From an uncultured delta proteobacterium (GTDB lineage: Bacteria > Myxococcota > Myxococcia > Myxococcales > Myxococcaceae), in contig CAVZMH010000017.1 in NCBI GenBank assembly GCA_963776345.1, positions 96,001 to 160,000 of the forward strand: a stretch of 64,000 bases of DNA. Direction: 5' to 3'. Made by a program: the position numbers and the translations under genes. Shown here in pieces: positions 19,300 to 31,282 of this stretch (the stretch's first letter is position 1; each line of letters opens with the position of its first letter). The notes below the pieces were generated by a model. That model saw only the letters and a program-made list of their open reading frames with translations, was not told the origin of the DNA and made no database searches.

Positions 19300-19303
<4 letters not shown>
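18632..19303 (-). CDS. lspA: Lipoprotein signal peptidase II
   Basis: DQWVK, NPGAAFG, GGALGNWVDR, VIDFI, FNVADSAI; GTGA overlap with ileS stop. Confidence 0.95.
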
Positions 19304-22248
<2,945 letters not shown>

Positions 22249-22333
22249 GGCGGAGACGAGAGAGGAAAGCACGCTCGGCTAGCACCCTCCGTCGCTCCGC
22301 GCAAACCGCGGCTGGCAGGGGTGGTAGCGTCCG

Positions 22334-23323
22334 TTGCCCGCCGTGGCCCCCACGAGGAAACAGCGACCCAGGGCGCGCGAGCGCCGCACGCCGCAGCGGA
22401 CCGGTCCGGACGACCGCCGGGTGGTGGCCATCCTGAGCCGCAAGCGCTCGCTCTACTCCACCCGGCGACTGGTCGAGGCCATCCGTGCCCGCGGGCACCG
22501 GCCGCTGGTGCTGGACACCCTTCGCTGCAACCTGGTGCTGGCGGCGGGCGCCCCACGGATGGTGTTCCGGGGGGTGGAGCTGCGCGGGCTGGATGTGGTG
22601 ATTCCACGCATCGGCGCGTCCATCACCGCGTACGGCCTCGCCGTCGTCGAGCAGCTGGAGATGATGGGCGTCCCGGCACTGAACGCGGCGCAGGCCATCG
22701 CCCGGAGCCGGGACAAGCTGCGGTGCCTGCAGCAGCTCGCCCGGTCGGGGCTGCGCGTCCCCCGCACGGTGATGGCGCGCGACGCGAGCAACGTGCCGCG
22801 GCTGGTGGCCGAGGTGGGCGGCCTGCCGGCCATCGTGAAGCTGCTCCGCGGGACGCAAGGGGTGGGCGTCATGCTCGCGTCCACGCTCCCGGAGCTCCAG
22901 GGAATCCTCGACACCTTCCAGGGCCTGGGACAGGAGTTCATCCTCCAGGAGTTCGTCGCCGAGTCCCGGGGCCGTGACCTCCGGGCGCTGGTGGTGGGTG
23001 GACGGGTGGTGGGCGCGATGCGGCGGCGCGCCAAGCGAGGAGAGTTCCGGAGCAACCTCCACCGGGGAGGACGGGGCCGGCCGGTGGAGCTCGCCCCCGC
23101 GTACGTGGAGGCGGCACTCCGGGCCACCTCGGTGGTGGGCCTCGAGGTCGCGGGGGTGGACCTGCTCGAGACCCACGACGGGCCGACGCTGCTCGAGGTG
23201 AATTCCAGCCCGGGGTTCGAGGGTCTGGAGCGGGCAACCGGGCTGGACGCGGCGGGCGCCATCGTCGACCGCGCGCTCGCGCTGTCCCGACCGCGGGATG
23301 TCGTGACGCGGCGCGCGCTCTAG
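22334..23323 (+). CDS. rimK: RimK-family ATP-grasp alpha-L-glutamate ligase
   Basis: LYSTRRL, IPRIGASIT, RSRDKLR, GTQGVGV, FRSNLHRGG, EVNSSPG; start uncertain. Confidence 0.9.
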   Translation: MPAVAPTRKQRPRARERRTPQRTGPDDRRVVAILSRKRSLYSTRRLVEAIRARGHRPLVLDTLRCNLVLAAGAPRMVFRGVELRGLDVVIPRIGASITAYGLAVVEQLEMMGVPALNAAQAIARSRDKLRCLQQLARSGLRVPRTVMARDASNVPRLVAEVGGLPAIVKLLRGTQGVGVMLASTLPELQGILDTFQGLGQEFILQEFVAESRGRDLRALVVGGRVVGAMRRRAKRGEFRSNLHRGGRGRPVELAPAYVEAALRATSVVGLEVAGVDLLETHDGPTLLEVNSSPGFEGLERATGLDAAGAIVDRALALSRPRDVVTRRAL

Positions 23324-23479
23324 CTCGCCACCGTCCAGGCGAGCGTGGCGTCCAGTCCAGGTGTGTGCGCCAGCCGCACCGATGGCGGGCCCGCCTGGAC
23401 GCTCTGCGACGGGGCGCCGACGACACCGTTGTCGTCCCACGGTCGCCTTCTCTACAGTTCGGTCTCTTCCGCCCAAAAG

Positions 23480-24144
23480 ATGAGCCGCTCCCCAAGCAGA
23501 CTCAGGTGCTGGTGTACCAGGACGTCCTCTGCCCCTGGTCCTGGCTCGTCGAGGTGCGCCTGTCCCAGCTGCAGCGCGAGCTGGCCGACGTGCTGCGCTT
23601 CGTCCCCCGTCCCTATCCGCTGCGCCCGATGGAGTCTCTGCCGAGCGAGGAGGAGATCGCCCGTGCGGTGCGCGAGCTCGAGGCGGCGGGGAAGGAGCGC
23701 GAGGGGCTGCCGCTGCGCCCGGACCTGTGGACCTCGGGAGATCCGCCGCGCTCCAGCGTGGAGCCCCTCGCGGCGCTCGAGGCCGCGCGGCTGCAGGGGG
23801 AGGCGGCCCGGCTCGAGCTGCAGACGCGGCTGCGCCACGCGGCCCTGGAGCAGGGGCTGAACGTCACCCGGCCCGACGTGGTCTTCGAGCTCGCCGCGCG
23901 CTGTGGATTGCAGATGAACCGCTTCGCCGCGGCGTTCGGCTCGCCGCAGACCCGCCGGCTGATCCGCGAGGAGTACCGGCTGGCCCGCGACCGCGGCGTC
24001 CGGCGCGTGCCCACGGTGGTCATCGCCAACCGCTGGATGATGTCCGGGCTGCGGGAGACGAGCGAGTACCGGGATCACCTGCTCGCCTGCGTGGGCAAGC
24101 TCGAGCGGGCGCGGACGCCGGCGCTCGAGCGCCTGGTGCACTGA
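23480..24144 (+). CDS. DsbA/FrnE-like thioredoxin-fold protein (CPWS)
   Basis: YQDVLCPWS and GVRRVPTVV; start unresolved because the ATG at 23480 is one base out of frame. Confidence 0.8.
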
Positions 24145-24479
24145 CCGGCGCCGACGGGCGACGGCCGTCACGCATCCGGGCCCAGGCGGGTGCGGATGTC
24201 TCCGCCTCCCGCTGCTGCTCGCGCACCGCCTCGACGCGTTCCTCACCGCTCGGCCGCGGCGCGGCGGGACGGGCCCTGCTCCTCTCGCGCGTCGGGGTCG
24301 CCGGCGGGTGTAGAAGGCGTGGACGGGCATCGCCGGGCGCTCGGCGCTGACCGGTCGCCCTGGAGAACGCCCACGGAGACGATTCGGTGGATCCAGCATC
24401 CCCAGAGAATCGTCCGCGCGAAGGCAATGCCCGAGCCGAGCGGGCCCGGGCAGGCGGAGGCTGAGATGGGCGACCGGCG

Positions 24480-26579
24480 GTGAGCGGGCTCGCCCTCGCG
24501 CTCGCGGCCCTGGTCCTCGCCGGCGCGCCCGACGCCGAGCCCGCGACGGGCCAGGCAGGAGGCGGGACTGCCGCCTCGCCGGAAGCGCCGCCGCCGCTCG
24601 CCGGAGAGACCGTGGTCACCGCCAGCCGCGCTCCCCGGCGGCGCAGCGAGGTCCCGGCGGACGTGACGGTGCTGGACCGGGCGGACCTCGAGCAGTCGGC
24701 CTCGCCGCTCCTCGACGACGTGCTCCGGCGCGTCCCGGACGTGGGCACGTTCCGCCGCTCCTCGAGCCGCGTCGCGGACCCCTCGAGCCAAGGGCTGAAC
24801 CTGCGCGGCGTGGGTCCCTCGGGCGTCTCGCGGGCACTGGTGCTGGTGGATGGTCTGCCGCTGAACGACCCGTTCGGCGGCTGGGTGTACTGGCAGTCCG
24901 TTCCCGGGCTGGCGATCGGCAGCGTGGAGATCGTCCCCGGAGGCACCTCGGCGCTCTACGGGTCCGCGGCGCTGGGCGGGGTCATCGACATCCGCTCCCG
25001 GCCGCTCGACTTGGCCGGCGTCGAGGCCGACGTGTTCGGGGACACGCTGCCCTCGCTGGGCATCGGCCTCCGCGGCGTGCAGCTCGCCGGGCCGGTGGCG
25101 GTCGAGCTGACGTCGGAGTTCCTGGGGAGCAACGGCTACAATGTCGTCGCCCCCGAGCAGCGCGGACCCATCGACGTCCCTGCCGGCAGCACCCACGTCT
25201 CGCTGCAGGGAAGGGTGCTGGCGGACCTCGGACCGCGCGCCCGGCTCGGGGCGAAGCTCGGCTTCTTCGACGAGCACCAGAACGGCGGGACGGAGTTCAC
25301 CACCGCGGCGGCGCAGGTCCGCTCGATCGCCGTGACCCTCGCCCTGGGCGCTCCCGAGGCGCCGGACGTCGAGCTGGCGATGTGGTTCCGGAACGAGGTG
25401 TTCCACCAGCAGCGGGCGCGCGTCGCTCCGGACCGGGTCTCCGAGACGCTCGCTGGCGAGCAGCGCGTCCCCGCGGACGACGAGGGCTTCTCGGTGCTCT
25501 GGCACGCGCCGCGCTGGGGCGTGCAGAGCATCGACATCGGGCTCGACCTGCACCGGGTCGCGGGGAGCGCGCAGGAGCGGCTCTTCCCGACGGCCGTCAC
25601 GACGACCACGACGCTGGAGCGCGTCGGCGGTGGGGACCAGGCATCCGCCGGAGTCTTCGTGCAGGACACGGTGCGTCTCGGGCCGGTGACGCTCGTCCCC
25701 GCGCTGCGGCTGGACCACTGGCACACCGAGAATGGTGAGCAACGCCTCACCACCCCCGGTGGGGAGACGGTCCAGACCTACGACTTCCGGCACGAGACGC
25801 AGCTCTCCCCGCGCCTCGGCGTGCTGTGGCAGGTGGTGGACGAGCTCGCCCTGCGCGGCTCGGTGAACCGTGCCTTCCGGGCGCCGACGCTCGGCGAGCT
25901 GTACCGCCCGTTCCAGGTCGGGACGGTGCTCACCGCGGCGAACCCCAATCTCGGGCCCGAGACGCTGCTCGGGGCGGAAGCGGGCGTGGAGTGGGTGCCG
26001 GGGCCGGTATTTCGCTCGCGCGCCACGGTGTTCTGGAACCGGCTCGACGACCCCATCGCCAACGTCACGCTCGCCACCCCGTTGCCCGGTGGAGCCGTGA
26101 AGCAACGCCAGAACCTCGGCTCGGCTCGGGTCCGGGGGCTGGAACTCGCCGTCGAGGCCCGGCCGGTCCGGGGCTGGGAGCTCCGAGCGGCGTACACCTT
26201 CGTGGATTCCCAGGTCCTCTCGGCCCCGGAGGCGACCGGCACCATCGGGAAGCGGCTGCCCCAGGACCCCGTGCACCGGGTCTCGGGGGCGATCGAGGCC
26301 CGGCCCGCGCCTGGCTGGACCGCACGGGTGGAGGGCATCGCCGCGTTCGTCCAGTACGAGGACGACCTGAACACCCTGCCCCTCGGCACCCAGTTCCGGC
26401 TGGACGCGTACCTCGCCCGGGCCATCGGGCGGGCGGTGGAGGTCTACGCCGCGGTGGAGAACGTGCTCGACCGGCGGGACCTGGTGGGCCGGGCGGGAGT
26501 GAACACCCTCTCCGGTCCGTTCACGGTGCGGGTGGGGATCCGACTCCGCCAGTGGGAAGCGCCGGACACCTCGCGCTGA
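24480..26579 (+). CDS. TonB-dependent receptor
   Basis: Signal peptide, ETVVTASR TonB box, LVLVDG, SALYGSAALGGVI plug, FRAPTLGELY, VENVLD. Confidence 0.93.
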   Translation: MSGLALALAALVLAGAPDAEPATGQAGGGTAASPEAPPPLAGETVVTASRAPRRRSEVPADVTVLDRADLEQSASPLLDDVLRRVPDVGTFRRSSSRVADPSSQGLNLRGVGPSGVSRALVLVDGLPLNDPFGGWVYWQSVPGLAIGSVEIVPGGTSALYGSAALGGVIDIRSRPLDLAGVEADVFGDTLPSLGIGLRGVQLAGPVAVELTSEFLGSNGYNVVAPEQRGPIDVPAGSTHVSLQGRVLADLGPRARLGAKLGFFDEHQNGGTEFTTAAAQVRSIAVTLALGAPEAPDVELAMWFRNEVFHQQRARVAPDRVSETLAGEQRVPADDEGFSVLWHAPRWGVQSIDIGLDLHRVAGSAQERLFPTAVTTTTTLERVGGGDQASAGVFVQDTVRLGPVTLVPALRLDHWHTENGEQRLTTPGGETVQTYDFRHETQLSPRLGVLWQVVDELALRGSVNRAFRAPTLGELYRPFQVGTVLTAANPNLGPETLLGAEAGVEWVPGPVFRSRATVFWNRLDDPIANVTLATPLPGGAVKQRQNLGSARVRGLELAVEARPVRGWELRAAYTFVDSQVLSAPEATGTIGKRLPQDPVHRVSGAIEARPAPGWTARVEGIAAFVQYEDDLNTLPLGTQFRLDAYLARAIGRAVEVYAAVENVLDRRDLVGRAGVNTLSGPFTVRVGIRLRQWEAPDTSR

Positions 26580-26629
26580 ACGCCGGAGGGCTGGCGGCCG
26601 GACGGGCCGATGTTATTACTTGGGACCCC

Positions 26630-27163
26630 ATGGAGATTTCCTCGTCGTCCGCCGGAACCCTCCGGGCGCTGAGGCAGCTGGTCCGCGCCCTCCGGCTCGC
26701 CGACCGCGCCGCCGAGTTGCGTCTGGGCCTCAGCGCTGCCCAGCTCTTCGTTCTCGAGCGCCTCGCCGAGGGACCGGTCGGCTCGATGGCCGAGCTGGCC
26801 GGACGGACCCTGACCGACGCGAGCTCGGTGTCGGTGGTGGTGCAGCGGCTCGTCGAGCGGGGGCTGGTGGTGCGGGCCACCGCGCAGGACGACGCGCGGC
26901 GGACGACCCTCCGCCTCTCGGCCTCGGGCAAGCGGCTCCTCGGCACCGCTCCCCGGTCTCCCACCGCGGACCTCCTCGAATCACTGGAGCACCTGAGCGC
27001 CTCGGAGCGGACGGACCTCGAACGGTTGCTCGAGCGGGTGGTCCGGGGGATGGGCATCGACGACAGCGGACCCACCCCCATGTTCTTCGAGGGTGAGCCT
27101 CGTCCCGGACGGCGCCGGCGGCGCGCCCACGCTCCGGGAGCACGGGCCCGCGGCCGTGGCTGA
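26630..27163 (+). CDS. MarR-family transcriptional regulator
   Basis: GLSAAQLFVL, ELA..., SSVSVVVQRLVERGLV, DARR. Confidence 0.9.
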   Translation: MEISSSSAGTLRALRQLVRALRLADRAAELRLGLSAAQLFVLERLAEGPVGSMAELAGRTLTDASSVSVVVQRLVERGLVVRATAQDDARRTTLRLSASGKRLLGTAPRSPTADLLESLEHLSASERTDLERLLERVVRGMGIDDSGPTPMFFEGEPRPGRRRRRAHAPGARARGRG

Positions 27164-28979
27164 CAAGGCCGCGCGGACCGCGTCCACGACCGAGGGGCTT
27201 CCCGTCGCGCCGGCGCTGGGACCGGGGCTGGCCGCGGCCCACATCGCGCCGCACGCGGCGAACGTCACGCGGCGGACTGCCTGGGTCTGTGCGCTGGCCA
27301 TCGGCGTGGCGTTGCTCGCGGCGGGGGTGGCGCAGGCGCTCCAGCGGCTCATCGCGCTGGTGACCAACCTCGCCTTCCGGGGGACGGTCTCGCTCGAGAC
27401 GCTCGGACCGACCACGGCGCACCTCGGGGCTTGGGTGGTGCTGGTGCCTCCCCTCGGGGGGCTCGTCGTCGGGGTCATGGCCCGCTACGGCTCGCGAGCC
27501 ATCCGGGGGCACGGGATCCCCGAGGCCATGGAGCAGATCCTGGCGAACGAGAGTCGCATCCCGGTGCGGCTGACGTTCCTCAAGCCTCTGTCCGCCGCGG
27601 TGGCCATCGGCACCGGCGGACCGTTCGGCGCCGAGGGGCCGATCATCGCCACCGGGGGCGCGCTCGGCTCGGTGCTCGGCCAGCTGCTCCCGGTGACCGC
27701 AGCCGAGCGGAAGACGCTCCTCGCCGCCGGCGCGGCCGCGGGCATGGCGGCGACGTTCGGGAGCCCGGTCTCGGCGGTGCTCCTGGCCATCGAGCTGCTG
27801 CTCTTCGAGTTCCGCCCGCGCTCGCTCATCCCGGTGTCGCTCGCCGCGGCCACGGCGACCGGGGTGCGCTTCTCGTGGGCGGGCAGCGCTCCGGCGTTCC
27901 ACAGCGTCAGCTTCGCCGAGCCGAGCGGCACCGCCCTGGTGCTCTACGTGCTTCTCGGCGCCCTGGTGGGCGTGGTCTCGGTGGTGGTGACGCGGGCGGT
28001 GTACCGCATCGAGGACGCGTTCGAGCGCCTGCCGATCCACTGGATGTGGTGGCCGGCGCTCGGGGCCATCCCGGTGGGCATCATCGGGTACTTCGCGCCG
28101 AGGACGCTGGGCGTCGGCTACGACAACATCGACGCGGTGCTCACCGGCGCGCTGGCGACGGGGCCGCTGCTCGCGCTGTGCATCCTGAAGTTCGCCAGCT
28201 GGTCCATCGCGCTGGGGAGCGGCACCTCGGGCGGGACGCTCGCCCCGCTGTTCACCATCGGTGGGGCGCTGGGCGCGTTCCTCGGGACGGGGCTGACGGT
28301 GCTCCTCCCGCGCGCTGGCGTCGATCCGCGGCTCGCGGCGCTGGTGGGGATGGCGGCGATGTTCGCCGGAGCCTCGCGGGCGCTGCTCGCCTCGGTGGTC
28401 TTCGCCTTCGAGACGACGCGGCAGCCGCTCGGGCTCCTCCCGCTCCTCGGCGGCTGCAGCGTGGCCTGGCTGGTCTCGGCGGCGCTGATGAAGCACAGCA
28501 TCATGACCGAGCGCATCGCCCGGCGCGGGCGGGTGGTGCCGGCAGAGTACGCCGCGGACTGGCTCGCCCAGTGGCGGGCCGCCGAGTTCTCCAGCCGGCC
28601 GGTGGTCACGCTCGGCGCCTCGGAGACGGTGGGCGAGGCGCTGCGGCGGCTCTCGGACGTCCGGCACCAGGGGTTCCCGGTGGTGGACGGGAAGCGGGGC
28701 GTGCTCGGGGTGGTGATGCGCCGGGAGCTGGTCGGCGCCTCGCCGGGGCGCCGCATCGAGGAGCTGGTGGAGCGGCCCGCGGTCACGGTGCGGGCCTCTG
28801 ACACGCTCCGGCACGCAGCGGACGTGATGGCGCACGCCGGCGTGGGTCGGCTCCCGGTGCTCTCGGACGGGCCCGAGCCGGTGCTGGTCGGGATGCTCAC
28901 CCGGAGCGACCTGGTCGGCGCGCACCGGCCACGCCTCAGGGCGGAGCGCGTCGCCGCACGCGTGCTCGCCAGAGGATGA
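27156..28979 (+). CDS. ClC-family chloride channel/antiporter with CBS domains
   Basis: GHGIPE, GAEGP, GGTLAP; C-terminal CBS pair; start 27156 or 27093. Confidence 0.93.
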   Translation: MADKAARTASTTEGLPVAPALGPGLAAAHIAPHAANVTRRTAWVCALAIGVALLAAGVAQALQRLIALVTNLAFRGTVSLETLGPTTAHLGAWVVLVPPLGGLVVGVMARYGSRAIRGHGIPEAMEQILANESRIPVRLTFLKPLSAAVAIGTGGPFGAEGPIIATGGALGSVLGQLLPVTAAERKTLLAAGAAAGMAATFGSPVSAVLLAIELLLFEFRPRSLIPVSLAAATATGVRFSWAGSAPAFHSVSFAEPSGTALVLYVLLGALVGVVSVVVTRAVYRIEDAFERLPIHWMWWPALGAIPVGIIGYFAPRTLGVGYDNIDAVLTGALATGPLLALCILKFASWSIALGSGTSGGTLAPLFTIGGALGAFLGTGLTVLLPRAGVDPRLAALVGMAAMFAGASRALLASVVFAFETTRQPLGLLPLLGGCSVAWLVSAALMKHSIMTERIARRGRVVPAEYAADWLAQWRAAEFSSRPVVTLGASETVGEALRRLSDVRHQGFPVVDGKRGVLGVVMRRELVGASPGRRIEELVERPAVTVRASDTLRHAADVMAHAGVGRLPVLSDGPEPVLVGMLTRSDLVGAHRPRLRAERVAARVLARG

Positions 28980-30297
28980 CGAAGGCGAGCGACGGAGCGG
29001 CCACGGCGACGAGGGAGACCAGCGCATCCTCGACGCTGCGGAGCCGGGGGAGGTTCCAGGCGAGGACCTCGCCCAGGGTCAGCGCCGCGTCCGCCCCGAC
29101 CGCGGCGACGACCAGGCGCGAGAGCCGGTCGCTCCAGCGCACCGCGAGCCGGAACAGCGACGCGGCGAGCACCACGTCGAACGCCACCCAGGCCCACCGG
29201 ACCCACGGCGCGGGGAAGTGCCACGGTCCGGCGACCGCGAGGAGCGCGATCCAGGGGACGAGCAGCGCCGCGAGGAGCCGCACGACGATGGTGGGCCCGC
29301 GGAGCAGCGTCCGGAGCCCGAAGCTGAGGAGGTGGTCGCGAGCGAAGGCCTCGAGCACGTCGAGGAGCGTCCGGACCGCGCCCTGGTCGGGTGGGTAGAC
29401 GAGGTGGCTCGGGCGCCAGCGGGTGGGCCGGAGCCGGGCCTTGAACGCCCGCAGGCCCTCGAAATCGAAGAGCACCGAACCCGCCGAGCGCGCCAGCCGC
29501 AGCGCCGGCACGACCTGACCGGCGAGCGGCGCGAGGCCGAGGGTCACCATCGACGAGCGGTCGCCCCCAGCCTCGGCCTCGCGCATCGCGTGGTCGACCA
29601 GCAGCTCGGCCGTTCCGTTCGGAGCGTCCGGACCACGGATGAGGTTCTGCAGGAGCCATCCGGGCCGGGCGAAGATCGGCGCGGCGGTGAGGAAGGCGAG
29701 GAGACGTCCGTCCTGCTCAGCGAGGTGGACGCGGTGCTCCTCGAGCAAAGTCAGCGGGTCCACCTGGACCAGGAAGCCCATCGGGGCCATCTCGTGCCGC
29801 CGCAGCCAGGCGGAGACGAGGCTCTCGAGCTGCCTGCGCAGCGGGGACGAGGTGGAGGCGATCTCGGACGGGTCGGCAGTCCGGACCGTGACGCCCTTCG
29901 CCCTCGCCCGTCGGAGCTGCTCGCGAAGGCCGCTGCTGGCACGGAGCGCCGCCGGCCAGAGGTCGGCGTCCCACTCGGGCTGCTCCCCGATGAGGAGCGC
30001 GGACCAGGGGAGCGCCTCGACCATCCGCTCCTCCACCCCGAAGAAGGCGAGCCGTCGTCCGGCGCTCGACGCGTGCCGGCGGAAGCGCTCGGCCACCTCG
30101 CCGAGGCGCTCCGGGGCGGTCAGGGGGGCACCGGCGGCCACCCAGGCTCTTCCGGTGTCGACGTAGGCCACGCAGGCGTCCTCGTCGGCGAACCAGTAGT
30201 GGAACCCGGGCTCGAGCACCTGGAACGAGGTCGCGTTCCATCCGTGGCGGCGGAGGACGGCGAGGACCCGCCGGCGCTCGGCGTCGAGCTGGGACAT
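28936..30297 (-). CDS. DUF2156 / aminoacyl-phosphatidylglycerol synthase catalytic-domain protein with C-terminal TM region
   Basis: WVAAGAPL, APNGTAELLV, TLGLAPL, FEGLRAFKARLRP. Confidence 0.85.
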   Translation of the reverse strand: MSQLDAERRRVLAVLRRHGWNATSFQVLEPGFHYWFADEDACVAYVDTGRAWVAAGAPLTAPERLGEVAERFRRHASSAGRRLAFFGVEERMVEALPWSALLIGEQPEWDADLWPAALRASSGLREQLRRARAKGVTVRTADPSEIASTSSPLRRQLESLVSAWLRRHEMAPMGFLVQVDPLTLLEEHRVHLAEQDGRLLAFLTAAPIFARPGWLLQNLIRGPDAPNGTAELLVDHAMREAEAGGDRSSMVTLGLAPLAGQVVPALRLARSAGSVLFDFEGLRAFKARLRPTRWRPSHLVYPPDQGAVRTLLDVLEAFARDHLLSFGLRTLLRGPTIVVRLLAALLVPWIALLAVAGPWHFPAPWVRWAWVAFDVVLAASLFRLAVRWSDRLSRLVVAAVGADAALTLGEVLAWNLPRLRSVEDALVSLVAVAAPSLAFVILWRARVRRRAPP

Positions 30298-30470
30298 GCG
30301 TCGGCCGGATGTGCGCCAATCGGACCCGCTGCGCAAGCGCCGTCAAAGGGCTCGCGCCGGATCGCGACACGCGAGCGCCGACGTCGGGATCCCGGCAGGC
30401 GGAACGAAGTTCGAGACGCTCAGCGCTTGGGCGAGCGCGGCGCGTCTGCCCTAGGGTGCGGCCCCCGCCC

Positions 30471-31265
30471 ATGCGCCTGTTCGCCATCGGAGACACGCAC
30501 CTCCCGTCCACCCGCGGCAAGACGATGGACCGCTTCGGCTGGAACGGCCATCCGGCACCGCTCGCCGAGGCCTGGGACCGGATGGTCACCCCGGAGGACG
30601 GGGTCATCGTCGCCGGGGACATCTCCTGGGCCACGAAGCCGGCCGAGGCCGCGGACGACCTGGCGTGGCTCGACGCGCGGCCGGGGAAGAAGGTGCTCCT
30701 CCGCGGCAACCACGACTTCTGGTGGGGCGACTCGGCGACCAAGCTCCGGAGAGTCCTCGAGCCGTACCGGACCATCGTCGGGTTCCTGCAGAACTCGGCG
30801 GTGACGCTCGGTCCATATCTCATCGCCGGTTCGCGGCTGTGGTCCGCGCCCGAGGCCCCACCCATGCCCGGCGGCGAGCTGGGCGACGAGCCGTCGGACG
30901 CCCATCTCGTCGAGCGCGAGGCACGCCGGCTGGGCCTGTCCATCGAGGATGCGCGGAAGGCGCTGCGAGCCACCCCGGGGCTCACCCGGGTGATCGCGGT
31001 GCACTTCCCGCCGCTCTACGCGAACGTGAAGCCCACCGTGTTCTCCGCCCTCATCGAGGCGTTCCAGCCGGTGGTCTGCGTGTACGGCCACCTCCACGGC
31101 GCCGAGGGCATCGCCGCCGGGTTCCAGGGCGAGCACGGCGGAGTCCGGTACGTGCTCGCCTCGTGCGACGCCGCGGGGTTCCGGCCGGTCCTCCTCCTCG
31201 ACGGCCCCAGAAACACCGCTTCGCTCGCCGGCGTTGCCGAGGCCGGCGGCTCTCCCGTAGCTTGA
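30471..31265 (+). CDS. Metallophosphoesterase
   Basis: GDTHL, AGDISWA, RGNHDFWW, HFPP, YGHLHG. Confidence 0.92.
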   Translation: MRLFAIGDTHLPSTRGKTMDRFGWNGHPAPLAEAWDRMVTPEDGVIVAGDISWATKPAEAADDLAWLDARPGKKVLLRGNHDFWWGDSATKLRRVLEPYRTIVGFLQNSAVTLGPYLIAGSRLWSAPEAPPMPGGELGDEPSDAHLVEREARRLGLSIEDARKALRATPGLTRVIAVHFPPLYANVKPTVFSALIEAFQPVVCVYGHLHGAEGIAAGFQGEHGGVRYVLASCDAAGFRPVLLLDGPRNTASLAGVAEAGGSPVA

Positions 31266-31282
31266 TTCGCGAGTCGGGCACC

